Of a stretch of 64,000 nt of DNA, positions 25,028-36,989 are shown one piece after another. Position 1 is the stretch's first letter. Every line of letters starts with the position of its first letter. The stretch is from Nemertoderma westbladi (lineage: Eukaryota > Animalia > Xenacoelomorpha), in the NCBI GenBank assembly GCA_032718475.1, contig JAUCBJ010004427.1:1-64000 (forward strand). The letters run 5' to 3'. The notes under the pieces are model-generated. The model saw nothing but the letters and a program-made list of their open reading frames with translations. It searched no databases and had not been told where the DNA came from. Position numbers and translations under genes: made by a program.

Positions 25028-25103
25028 CTGCTCCCAGAAAATGGGATTTGCAAATGGGATATACAAAATCACAGTTTCTAATATACGTAAATACTCTAAA
25101 CAG

Positions 25104-26408
25104 TTAGTCTTTCTTGCGCGGACAGCGTTTACGCAGTTTTTTTGAGGCTAGCAAGAGTCCTTTTCTCTTTGGGGCGAGCCACTTTACTAGGAGGGCTATA
25201 ACTCCTGGGTAAAGGGTGCAATACAATTGCATCGGAAGGTTTAGGGTTACGGTCGATGTCTCGTCCATTTCGATATGCTTCTCCTCGAGCTGATTTTCCT
25301 CCGCTTATCGTTGGATGCGTTCGTCCAAAAACTCTTGCAGAGAATAGGGTCGTCCAAGTTCGATATCTTCTTAGAGATTCTGGATTTCCTGATCGAACTG
25401 AGATAAAGCTAATTCGTTTACCGCTTGGACTTGCTGCTGCAATTTACGTTTCTCTAAACAATTATAGGTTCCTTTTCCGATCTTTTGACGAATAGTGTCC
25501 AACACGTTTCGTACAACTATGACGATATTAGATGTCCGCGTCCCAATCCGGCAATCGGGTAAGATGGGCGAATATTTAGGGAGCCCACAACCGGAGTGCC
25601 ACCTACTAACCGTTCGGGTAACACTAGATCTTTGAACAGTGAGTACAGTTCGGGAGGATCCGTGATACTATTAGGATCAAGAGTCTGAAGTCTAACTAGG
25701 GAATGAGGAGGTCTGACCGAGTATTCCGGAACTCTGATCATTGGTTTATTTAAGGTTCGTTTGAATCGAATGAGCGTAGGTGATACATCGAACAAGTTTC
25801 GCTCGAAACTCCCGTAAATATAGCGAGTAAAACCGTGTTTAAAGCAACGTCTCTACGGATGTTTATGTCTTTCCGTTTGTTGGTTGGGTCTAGGGCATTC
25901 ATCGCAATAATACCAAAGACGCACGTCTTGTAGGGGAAACGCGGGTGATATTTATTCGGTTTTACAACGTTTCTCTCAAGAACTCGAAATATACGTTGGA
26001 GTTACCGCGTTTATCCGGTTCTTTAACGTCTTCTCTTTCGATTCGATTTCGAATAGAATTTTCGCATTCGATTTTCAGTTTATCGTTCCTACTCCGCTGG
26101 GTAGGATATTTAAATAGTACCATTTCCCTTTCGGTGTCGACATCGTCCGTATCGTGTAAATCGATAGGATGGCCAGTAGTTAAGAAGTCCATATGCGTAC
26201 CATTACGATGCGTATAGCGAGCAGTGAATTTTCGAGAGTCCAATTCACGCGTAAGTTGCTCCTGGGACATCGGCGGTTCGATATAACGACCATCGTCCTC
26301 CGTAGTAGTTGGACTAGCGTCGCTGCGTATCAAGCTATCAACAAACGCTTGCAACGTTAGAGTATATTTCTCCCTGATACCAAGATCATCTTCTATCAAC
26401 TCATTCAT
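25104..26408 (-). pseudogene. Extra (post-pol) ORF of BEL copy 1, frameshifted, unknown function
   Basis: N-terminal 148-aa ORF (25962-26408) and C-terminal basic tail (...RSYSPPSKVARPKEKRTLASLKKLRKRCPRKKD*) both have homologues in copies 2 and 3. Confidence 0.7.
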
Positions 26409-26449
26409 AGCTGCTATATGAGTTTATCAATATTATAATTAGTTATAAT

Positions 26450-26610
26450 TAGGCTAGCGGGCGTCGCTGCCTACCCCTCTCGGCCCCCGGATAGCGCAAG
26501 ATCCTCAGCGCTGGTGTACTTTCGCCGATGTGCCTATCGTCAATGTAGTAGCTGCACAACGACTACAACAACCAGCACGAGCCACTCCACCGTCCGTCCC
26601 AAAGGCTTAG
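26450..26610 (-). ncRNA. Candidate cis-acting structured RNA upstream of the extra ORF (also ~49990-50145, ~61178-61333)
   Basis: Long stem-loop retained in three diverged copies with compensatory and G-U changes on the element's sense strand. Confidence 0.55.
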
Positions 26611-28042
26611 ATATACTTCAGGTTCTTACTGGAGAGTTAGGGCTACTTTCACAATTGCGACTCGCTACTGTAAGCACACTTTAGTAGTAACATTCACCTA
26701 TAAACGCACAAATTCCACACAACTGTCACAAACCGCACACATTCGGGCCATTTGTCCGTTAGTCAAGTGCCTTCCAGAATGCCACGTTATTATTATGTAT
26801 CCTTGGATACTAGCAGTATGCTATTTATTCCGTATGCTATTCAATGGGGCAAGCCTTTATTGTTCTTTTAACTCACTTCTAATTCTAGCGTGGTTGTTGC
26901 CATGGTGACATTATGGAAAGCTAGCAGTAGAATTAGGGTAATTCTCATGTATACAGATCTGGGAAGCTATTTAATAGTAATTCTTTAATTGTCAATATTC
27001 CCCTTTATACATGATTTTATGAATTTTATCGGCTATTGACTATATTGGAGATTCTCGCACAATAATACACTTAATAGGGTGAATCTCCGCTCCCATGATC
27101 TATTAATTAATGGAATTTTGGGAATGTTATAAATTGTATGAAAATGACAATTTATCAAATTCATTAAAAGATGAATTTAAATTTATTCCCGTAAATTTTA
27201 TTATTTAATATTAAATAGACACAATTTTATTCCAGAACATGTCTGGGGACTAGGATCCTTGATTCTAGGAAATTGGTCTTTTTAAGAATATCGGTAAGTG
27301 CTACGATATCTTAATAGACTAGAATTTTAAAGGATCTAAAATTTGACAGATTTTATAAATATTAATAGTTAATATTTAGGATGGGCACCAGTTTATTCCA
27401 GAACTTGTCTGGGGACGTTAACCACTGATTCTAGAATTTTGTCTTTCAAGTATATCGGTGGGTGCCGCGATATCTTAATCGACTAGAATTACAGATGGTC
27501 AAAGGGTTTAACAGATTTATTTGCGTTATACGCTACTGTTAAAAGGACATCACGCTACTATATGTATTATTTAATATACGGTATGAGAGCAATATCGCAC
27601 GAAGCAATGTCAGTGTGAAGAGGCAAGTCGTTTCCAAGGTCTACCCAGAGTTTGGTTTAGCCGAGACACGAGGATCTGAACTTTGCATTCCTAATACTCT
27701 GCCTACCAATAATACTTGAATATAGTAGGAGCTTTATTGTACTTTAATAAGTACGGACATTTCATCTTACTGTAGTTACGTATTTGTAATGTAATACGGA
27801 CAGTAAGGAAAGAGAAAAAGAATTATTTCTCGCCGTCGCTCTAAATATATAATATATAAGTAATTAAGCAATAAACACTAATATATATTGCACTAATCTA
27901 CTAAATAATCGCTAAAATAACCTTCTACTAAATAAAATTAAAGAAAACGATTATAATAAAATTACATAATAATACATACATAAGTATAAAAATAATGAAA
28001 CAAACATAAAATAATATGGTCACACACCCACTCCAGACACTG

Positions 28043-28250
28043 TTACGTTGGGGAGTCCCTAGATGTTTGTTGGATTAGGGAGGTGGTCGCGGGAAGAGTA
28101 TCTTGCCTTCCATAGTTTCCGGAGAGTTCTCTGTCTCTTTCCAGTAAACATAAACGACCAACTGGGCGATTGAGCTGCTGTGTCTTGAAGACAATCCCGG
28201 TTTCTTAAAGTTACGTCGCATGACGACGAGTTCTACCGATCGCACCAAAC
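28043..28250 (-). pseudogene. C-terminal end of BEL copy 1 pol, separated by the Gypsy insertion
   Basis: Matches the intact end VRSVELIV...RPVGRLCLLE in copy 3 (62630-62840). Confidence 0.9.
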
Positions 28251-28537
28251 TATAAGCAGTAGGTAATTATTCTATAACACAATACAATCCTGTAATCCAG
28301 TGTATAATATTAGTAGTACAACAATCCAGCAATATTATAATTAGTAATACAGCGGTACAATAATTAGGCAGAACAACCTCACTCTGCCAGCTTTACATGT
28401 AGGCCTAACCCTCCACCTGTCACACTGTACTGTACATCTGTATGTATCTCTTAACCTCAGTTCAGCCAGTCCGGTACCGGTACAACCCACATTCGTACAT
28501 CCCTCTATTGGGCCATGGCCTCTTATTTCCCCTTATA
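28251..28537 (-). repeat. Gypsy 3' LTR (TATAAG...CTTATA termini)
   Basis: Direct repeat of 32582-32868, bounded by TSD and PPT. Confidence 0.95.
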
Positions 28538-28602
28538 CTCCCCCCAGTTCATTAATGAACTAATCTTGAATTGTCACACATGTGGAAATCATAATTTTAC
28601 TT

Positions 28603-31600
28603 TCAGTTTATATTAATCCCATATCTCATAGGTGGTCTTGACACTCGTCCCGTACGCAATCTATAGTGCTCTCCTGGTTCTTCAACTGCGTTTGCATTGG
28701 TATAATCGACAGTTTCCTCTAAACTTTCATTTGCAACAATATTATCTTCTTCATTTGAGCTAGATTCACTGTTACTATCACTATAATTCTGGTGTTGTAC
28801 GGGTACTGTTGTGCAGTACTGAGCAGTACTGAGATTATTTGGGCTTATCTGCCCACATTCCGCTTTCCTAATGTCTTGTATATGTCGCTTGTATCCACCT
28901 GCTATAACTGACCAAGAATCTGGAACCGCCTCAATTATCAGTGGGCCTCTCCATTTTGTGTGGCACTTTACATGTTGTTTCGGCTTAATATATACAAATT
29001 CCCCAATTTTAAACTTATATTCCATTTCCGGTTCTGTTGCAATAACTTCCGTAACACCTGGTAATTTGGTGATATGATTTGAGGTAAGCAGTTCCCATGG
29101 TGACTTATTTCCATGTGATGCAGTCCTGTTATACCAAAAGGCAATTTGCGTGGGTTCTTTGCCTGTTCTTGCTGCCCATGTCTTAATAGTTCTATGGGAT
29201 CTTTCAACTATATTCCCTTGTGGTCTATAAGTGCACGAGGTCCGGTGTTTAACTTCCCATTTTTCCAAAAATTGTTTTGTTTCTTTACTCCTAAAAGCGG
29301 GTCCATTATCAGACAATAACTCTTCTGGGGGCCCCCACTCAACAAATACTTGCTGCAATTCCTTTATAACTGCCTCTGCAGTTTCTTTATTAACTTTACG
29401 CCATATAGTAAACCCGGTAGCGCAATCGACCATTGTCAGATATTGGTTTTTATTTTCATCCTCTGTGAAGTCAGTTGATAGTCTTTCCCACCCTCGCTCC
29501 ATCTTACAAGTTCCTTTTTTCACTGCAGTAACAGGATTTGGATCTATGTATTTGCATTTATTACAGCTATTGCACACTTCTTTGACTAATTTCCTTGTCA
29601 CATTCATTGTCTGTAATTCTCTATTGGCATCACACAATACTAGTGTTCTATCCGTCCCAAGATGTGCAATTTCATGTAATTCTTTGACTCTTTGAAATAT
29701 TTGGGCTTTGGATAGTGGTTTTTCAGTTAATTGTACTCTTTCATCTTTAACAAGTGTTTCCATTTCATCACCTCCCACTGTTACAATGGATTTATTCTGG
29801 TTAATCAACCATGGTTTGGGAATTCTGGTTAAATAGTCTGCCAGGTTTTTGCTAGATGATACTAGTTGAATTGTTACTTTTAAATTATATTCATCGACAG
29901 TTTTCTTCAATACATCTAGTCGCCTCCTTATCAACATCTTTGATAACCCTGTATTTCGTAATCTATGTTCATCTTTCAACATCGCACTAATCCACCCATA
30001 AACTGAAGCTGAGTCAGTGTATAATTTGATATTTTTCAGTCCCCACTGTAATGCCATATTTATTCCTTGTATAACTGCAGTTAATTCAGCTGCATTGATA
30101 TGTTCCGGGTCACTATCTTTACGAAGCCATGCCCCATCTTCCGATATTCTACCCCCAATCTTAACTAATGCACCTGTAGCTATCGCACTAGCATCAGCCC
30201 AAACCTAACCCTCATTTGTATCACTGATCGGCCAATAACCCTGTGCTGGATCATTTTCATTTGTGCGATTTATAACCTCAATTAATCGTTTCCTTGAGTC
30301 ATTGCTAATGGGTGAATCCATTGGGATTGCTGCCTCCTGTCTTTGTAACCAGCTACATACCACACGCAACCAACCCATAATCAAATAATTACCTCTTAAT
30401 TTCCCAATTATTGCCAGAAGTCTTCTATGTGTTAATGGGTTTTCCACTTCTTCTAATTTGGGTAATTCACTGTCTCTTTGCCATCTTCCATCTTTTATAT
30501 ATATTCCAAGTAACCGACCACCTTCTATTAATCTTACTGGTTCTTTGGATTGTAATCCATAGTTTCTTAAATGATTTCGAATTTCCTCTGCTGGTACTTT
30601 ATCTACATTGACATAAATATCATCTCGGAAGTTGTCAGCTGCTTCTTCAATCCTTTTATTTTGTTTTATGACTGTTTCGACAATTGTATCTAGGATTTTA
30701 GGAGCTGGACCCAATCCATAACCCAACCTAGTCATGCAATAACGTTTCCCATTATGTACTACTACTTGGTATGGGTGTAAACTAGGAGCTATTCCCAGCT
30801 GCATGTATGCTGATTTAAGGTCAATCACTGCTGTTTGTTCTCCCATTCTGGCCCATTTTCTAAGCTTCTCGTTACTGGCAGCAGCATCTGCTCCTGGTTC
30901 TTTCACAATGAATGAATTCAGTTCTCTAAAATCCATTATAGGACGTACTCTATCCTTTCGAGGTTCGTCCTTATGCATCAAGGGGATCAGCCCTTTGGTC
31001 TCTCCCTCAAATTCTTTTAACCAGCCCTTTTCTATCCACTCATTCATCGCTATCTGGAATTTTTCTTGTAATTTTTCTGGTATTTTATATTGGGTCACTT
31101 TATTATTCAGTTTAGCTGGCGGGTGCCCCGCCTCGAATTTATATTCTGCTTCCCAATTTTCCCCATCCCACTCTGCAGTAAAATCCCGTCTCTCTATGCG
31201 AATCTCTGGATCCACTTTTCCCACTCCTCCAACCAATGAACTATTCTTTTCAATTTCTCCTAATTTAACAACCATGTTTCCATTCAATTCCTGATGCACT
31301 GACATACCGCCCACCTGTTTAATCAGCTCCCAGCCAATAATTATGTCTACACCACCCACAATATAATCTACAATATATATTTCATGGTCCACATTACAAT
31401 CTTTACCATTACCCATTGTAGTGCCATTAAACCAGAGTTTAGTATTAATCTTCCCTACAATATTATTAGTTTTTGATCCATCCAACATTGTTATTTTCCT
31501 TTTTTCCCTTAGTTGTGTAAACCTTCCACTCATTTCAATGCTGGATTTATATGTTGTGACTGTATACCCACAACCAGTATCAATCAATCCTTCCATATCT

Positions 31601-31695
31601 AATCCCCTACATTTCACATTAACATGTGGTAAGTCGCCTAATGAACTAGGGAAACGGCCACTGGCGCATATGCCGTCCCCCTCTACTAGTTTCCC
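28603..31695 (-). pseudogene. pol: Gypsy pol (protease, RT, RNase H, integrase) with one in-frame TAG at 30205-30207
   Basis: LIDTGC (PR); DLKSAYMQ, LGYGL..AP, FRDD (RT); WADAS, AELTA, YTDS, NLADYLTR (RH); HLG..CNKC, LSDNGPAF, VERSHRTIK (IN). Confidence 0.9.
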
Positions 31696-32561
31696 TGGAC
31701 CTGGGATCCTCCACCTTGCCTCCAAGGTCGATTTAATTCGGCTGTACAACCTCGTATAAGATGGTCTGTTCCGCCACATCTAAAGCAACCCGATTTAGTT
31801 CTGTTCCCAGGTAAATCACTCTCAGCCCAACATTCTCTTGCAAAATGGCCGATTTTCCCACACTTAAAACATACCACACCCCTTTCTCTATCTGTAAACC
31901 CAAATCCTATACTACTACGCCCTCGTCCAGCTGGTGGTACCGCTGGATTCCGTCGTTCTGGTTCTAATATTCGACCTGTAGGCCTATTGTATGATCGATT
32001 CAAACTTCCCATTCTACCAACCGCACCTACCATCATATCTTCATTTCCCCTGCTCTTTTCCGACCATAATCTCCTGGCCTGGACTAGAAGTTTATTTAAG
32101 TCCAACTCACCTGCCAAAGCTTTTGTATCCTGTGCAATTGTATCTGGAAGTCCACTAACGAATTGAGCTGCAATCATTTTCTTTGCAGTTTCTGACTCTG
32201 TTTCGCCTGTCACTAACCCGCACAGTCTCTTTACATCTGCTAAATAAGTATCTGGGGCCTCTCCTACTCTTAACTCCCTTTTTTTAAATAAGTCATAGGC
32301 TGTATATTCATTTAGAGCGAATGCAGCAATTAGTACTCTCTCTATTTTCATATAATCTCTTTTATCTTCTTCTGGTATCTGACTGACAACCTCGTAAGCC
32401 GGTCCCTCTAATGACAACCTTAGATACGTTGATCTGGATTCCTCTTTATACTTGGCTTCAATGATTAACACATCATACGTGTCGTTAAATATTGATAACC
32501 AGATGCTAGGGTCACTGAGAACGTCATATTTTTTAACATAGTCAGATATTTTTGGTGCCAT
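31686..32561 (-). CDS. gag: Gypsy Gag, 291 aa, two CCHC zinc knuckles
   Basis: QFVSGLP motif, CFKCGKIGHFAREC and CFRCGGTDHLIRGC. Confidence 0.92.
   Translation of the reverse strand: MAPKISDYVKKYDVLSDPSIWLSIFNDTYDVLIIEAKYKEESRSTYLRLSLEGPAYEVVSQIPEEDKRDYMKIERVLIAAFALNEYTAYDLFKKRELRVGEAPDTYLADVKRLCGLVTGETESETAKKMIAAQFVSGLPDTIAQDTKALAGELDLNKLLVQARRLWSEKSRGNEDMMVGAVGRMGSLNRSYNRPTGRILEPERRNPAVPPAGRGRSSIGFGFTDRERGVVCFKCGKIGHFARECWAESDLPGNRTKSGCFRCGGTDHLIRGCTAELNRPWRQGGGSQVQGN
31689..31695 (-). other. -1 ribosomal frameshift slippery site G GGA AAC at the gag/pol overlap
   Basis: X XXY YYZ heptamer immediately before the gag stop, with pol open in the -1 frame (PGKLVEG). Confidence 0.75.
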
Positions 32562-32581
32562 CTCTGTCAGCCCGGTTAGCT

Positions 32582-32868
32582 TATAAGCAGTAGGTAATTA
32601 TTCTATAACACAATACAATCCTGTAATCCAGTGTATAATATTAGTAGTACAACAATCCAGCAATATTATAATTAGTAATACAGCGGTACAATAATTAGGC
32701 AGAACAACCTCACTCTGCCAGCTTTACATGTAGGCCTAACCCTCCACCTGTCACACTGTACTGTACATCTGTATGTATCTCTTAACCTCAGTTCAGCCAG
32801 TCCGGTACCGGTACAACCCACATTCGTACATCCCTCTATTGGGCCATGGCCTCTTATTTCCCCTTATA
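32582..32868 (-). repeat. Gypsy 5' LTR
   Basis: Direct repeat of 28251-28537. Confidence 0.95.
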
Positions 32869-35800
32869 CAAACCATCATCCGAGATGTGAGTCTCGATGA
32901 TACGACCTGTCTGCCACCGCTTACGTGGAAGATCTGAATCCACAATAAGGACCATGTCTCCAGCGCTGACGTTTTCTTGCTGCGCAAACCACTTAGTTCG
33001 AAGTTGTAGCGTGGGCAGATAATGTTTTTCGAAATGGTCAGCGAAACGACGGGATAACAACTGCATAAGTTGCCAAGTTTGCCAGCAGTATTCGTCTCCG
33101 TCTGTGATTTCCGATCGTGGGAGCATGGCTACAGGTTTCTTCAGTAGGAAGTGCGTGGGTGTTAGCGCTTCCAGGGAATCGGGACTCGATGAGACTGGCA
33201 TAAGCGGTCTCTCATTGAGATAGGCGGCGATTTCCTCCATTAACATCCGCAAAAGTTCGTCGGTGAGATACGCACGGCACGGCACTATAAAGTGAAATGC
33301 GGTCTTCACGCTCCTGATTAATCTCTCCCAACTTCCTCCCCACCAAGGGGCGTCGGCGGCGTTGAAGGTCCAGCTAGACGCTGTTACCCTTAGCTGATCG
33401 TCCACCTGTCTTTGGTTCCAATCTTTGACGTAAGCCTCGATTTCATTGTTGGCACCAATGAAGTTTGTTCCCGTATTAGATCTCATCGTGTTACTAGTTC
33501 CAAAGCGAGCGATCTGACGTTGTAAGCTCAATAGGAAGCTGTTGGTAGATAAATCGTTCACCATATCGAGATGGATAGCTCTACAAGTCATACAAACAAA
33601 GATGACACACCATCTCTTGACTATAGTCCTAGCACGATATACTTCAATAGGGCCAAATAAATCTACACCGGTATTAGTAAAGGGTGGTTCATAGAAGCTT
33701 ACTCGTTCCCTAGGTAATTCTGCCTCTCGCTGTGTTAAAGGCCTACTGAATGCTTTCCTACAGGGTATGCAGTTCCTAAGAACTTGGTTCAGAGCTCTAC
33801 GGGGTTTATAAAAATAATAGCGAGTTCGAATTTCGCTAAGAACTCGTTCTCTACCAGCATGATAAAGTTTGCTGTGAACATCTACAATCATCTTGATTTG
33901 TATTTCAAGATTTCTAATGAGTATGGGAAACTTAGTGTCAAAGGATAATGGAGCATTAGTTAATCTTCCTCCAACACGTATTAACCCATCTATCATTGTG
34001 CTAGAGAAACGATCCCTTAAGCGCATCTGTGGATTTCTCAACAACAGGAAATACTTATCGGAATCCTCATAGCATTGCAGGAGTCTCAGCATCTGCTTAT
34101 TGGTTTCTTCATGCTCCTGATAACTGATCTTCTCCTTCAGAAACCTGTCGGATATCTTATATTTGGGAAGATCTTTAACAACATGGACCTGCACAGATGT
34201 CAGTGGAGCGGTATCACTATTGGTCTTCGTCCTGGAGTAGTGATGATGAAAACATCGCTTTAAATATGTAACGGCCTTACAGAGCCGATTCCAGGAACTG
34301 TAGTGATATATCGCTCTCTGCAGGAGAGGTGAGAGTCCTTGTGAGACGTCTGGTATTCCAGATTTCCAATCCTTCTCTCTGATTTCCACAACAGACTTAT
34401 TTGTGGCTGTGGGTTTCGGATCCAAAGCGTCGTCTCCGGAAGTGTGTAGTACAGACAGATCTACCACGGGTTTAAATAACTTCGATTTACTCGCCCGAGT
34501 TTTAGGTTTGACTTTCTCCGCTCCCTTGGCCTGTCTAATCTCCGCCGTAGTAAGATGAGGAGGCCATTCATCCTCTTCTTTGCTTAGGAAGTTGGGTCCA
34601 CCTAACCAGTCTGGAGTATCTATCAGTTCTTGTGGAGTTGCTCCCCTGGAGGCGATGTCTGCTGGATTAATCGTTCCGGGGCAATGTCTCCATTGATCCA
34701 TCTTCGTACGACTAAGTATAATGGCTACTCTGTTGGTAACGAAGACGCTGAACTGACAGACTTCATTGGTTATATACTCCAACACGAGTAGAGCATCGGT
34801 CCAATAGACAGTTTTCTCCAGTGGATATTCGATCTGTTCTGTTACATTTCGGCCGATGGCTGTAGCGTATAGAGCCGCCTTTAACTCCGCTCGAGGAACT
34901 TTCAACTTGTTGTTTATCAATGCCTTAGAGGTAACCAAGGCGACTTTGATTCCATCCGGAGTTTCAACTCTCAGGTAGGCTACTATACCTATTCCCATAT
35001 TGCTGGCGTCTCCAAACACATGGAGTTGATATGAATACGTAGGGAGAACATGACCAAAATATGAACGGGAAATTATAAAGTTCTCGATGGCTGGTAGAGA
35101 ATCTTCCCATTTCATCCACTTCTTTAATAGTTCTCCCTTAAGTGGATCGTCCCATGAGTGGTTTTCAAGCCACATTTGTTGTACTAAACTCCGAGCAATC
35201 AATATAACTGGGCTAATAAATCCCAATGGATCGAAATAAGTGCTCAGGATACTTAAACAAATCCGTTTAGTCCGAACTGGATTATCTCGCTGTTTGAGCT
35301 GGAAAAACAGGATATCTCTCTCTGTGTCCCATTTCAAACCAAGTGTCTTGGTTTCTGGAAGATTGTCTTTGATTAAGTCTAGATCTTTCGCTCCTCGATC
35401 TTCTACCGGGATCGATTCCAGAAACTCACGGGAGTTGCTGGTGAATTTAGTTAATCGAAATCCACCTCTTTTTAAGCACTCTACCGTTCCTTTGGCGACA
35501 TCAATGGCTTCTTCCACCGATGGAAGGGACTTTAAATTGTCGTCCATGTATATATCTCGTTTGATGTTGTCGATCACCTCTTTTGAGAAGGCATCCCGGT
35601 TGTCATCAGCAGTGGTGCGCACCACTGAGCAGGCGTTTGAAGGGCTTGAGATGATCCCAAAGGCCTGGATGGTCATCCAATACTCCACCGGTTTCTGGTT
35701 GAGGTCTCCTTCCAGCCACCACAGAAATCGTAGGCTATCTCGATCCCTATCCAGCGCCTTGACTTGTAAGAACATGCCTTCTATATCGGAGGCGAAAGCG

Positions 35801-36927
35801 ATTGAATATTGTCGTAATCTTAAGAGTATTCCCAACAAGGATTGGAGTAAGTCGGGTCCTGGTAACAACTCGGAATTAAGGGATTGGCCCATGTAGAGGG
35901 CAGAGCCATCAAATACTACCCTTACTTCATGGGGTTTACCGGGTTTGGGAATGTAATGATGTGTTAAATAGTACGTTCTCTCAGTTATAGGTGTTTCTTC
36001 CGGTACTCGCTCCGCATATCCCTTGTTAATAAATTTCTTCAACTGAGTCTGATACATTTCTTTAGCTGAAGCATTTGCCGTAAGGCGTCGATGTAGTTGA
36101 GCAATTCTTTTCTCCGCCAAGGGTCGGTTGTTTATGAATTTTGGTTCTCGCTTTCGGAATGGTAGACCGATTTCATATCTACCTTGATCTTTAAGAAAAC
36201 GTGTAGTTGTCTCCTGGATCTGCTTGGCTCTTTCTTCTTCTACCGATAGGGCTTTATCGTAGGAATTGGGCTCTACGGCCTCTTGAGTAAAGAATCGTAC
36301 GGCGTGTTCATCCCAAGTCTTCGCGTTATAGCGCTCGATTACGTCATTCAGTTCGTCGTTATAGTCGACTTGTCCTGATGGACGAATGAGTTGGCATAGG
36401 TTCACTTGGTTTTGCCAAGTCTCGTTTTCCGTAAGGAGATCGATGGTATTCTCCTCGTCGAAGAGTTGGTGGATATCGTCATTATCTGAGGAGTATGGTG
36501 TTCCCTCAGTTGGGTCGTCTACCTCACTGCTCTCCACTTCCCATTCACTTACTTGATATACCTGTTCTTTTGGTAACCTTTCCATGAGAGTTCTACGGGA
36601 AGGGCCAGTAAAGTACCAACCCACTCTAGTTCTTCCTGCATAGGCTTGTAGTGGTTGAGGTTGAGCAGGCCGTTTCTCCAATGTCTCAAGCGCCTCATGC
36701 GCATTTTGGCCGATGAGTATTTGTACTCCAGGGTAATCTGTGTTGAATCTAGGTATATTAAGCCGCTGGGTGAAATCGTCCTCATCCCAGTTATAAGGTT
36801 CTACTTGGCTGGTAGCGAAGTTCTTTATCGCTACAATTTTTACTGACCTTATGCTGTGTTCTCCTAGTTCATCCTGGGGGTGGACAACGCACCTACATAA
36901 TAATCCGCTATTACTGTAGATTTCCAA
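32869..36927 (-). pseudogene. pol: BEL copy 1 pol (RT, Pao RNase H/peptidase A17 region, integrase), truncated by Gypsy insertion
   Basis: VRVVFDGS, GPDLL, SDIEGMFLQV, YMDD, FDPLG, HVFGDAS, WTDA, NPADIASRG, TGVDLFGP, APWWGGSWERLIRSVK. Confidence 0.95.
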
Positions 36928-36989
36928 ACCTGCATAATTCCTGACATGTTTAACTTAGTTCGGAACTTGGGTTGTCCAGCAAAGATGTC

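Larger units (their letters stand above)
28251..32868 (-). mobile_element. Ty3/Gypsy LTR retrotransposon, 4.6 kb, recent insertion
   Basis: 287-bp LTRs that appear identical (28251-28537, 32582-32868), 5-bp TSD CAAAC, PPT TGGGGGGAG (28538-28546), domain order gag-PR-RT-RH-IN. Confidence 0.95.

Noticed and set aside
25104-26408. env gene in the post-pol position
   Set aside because: No signal peptide, transmembrane helix or Cys-rich ectodomain in any of the three copies.
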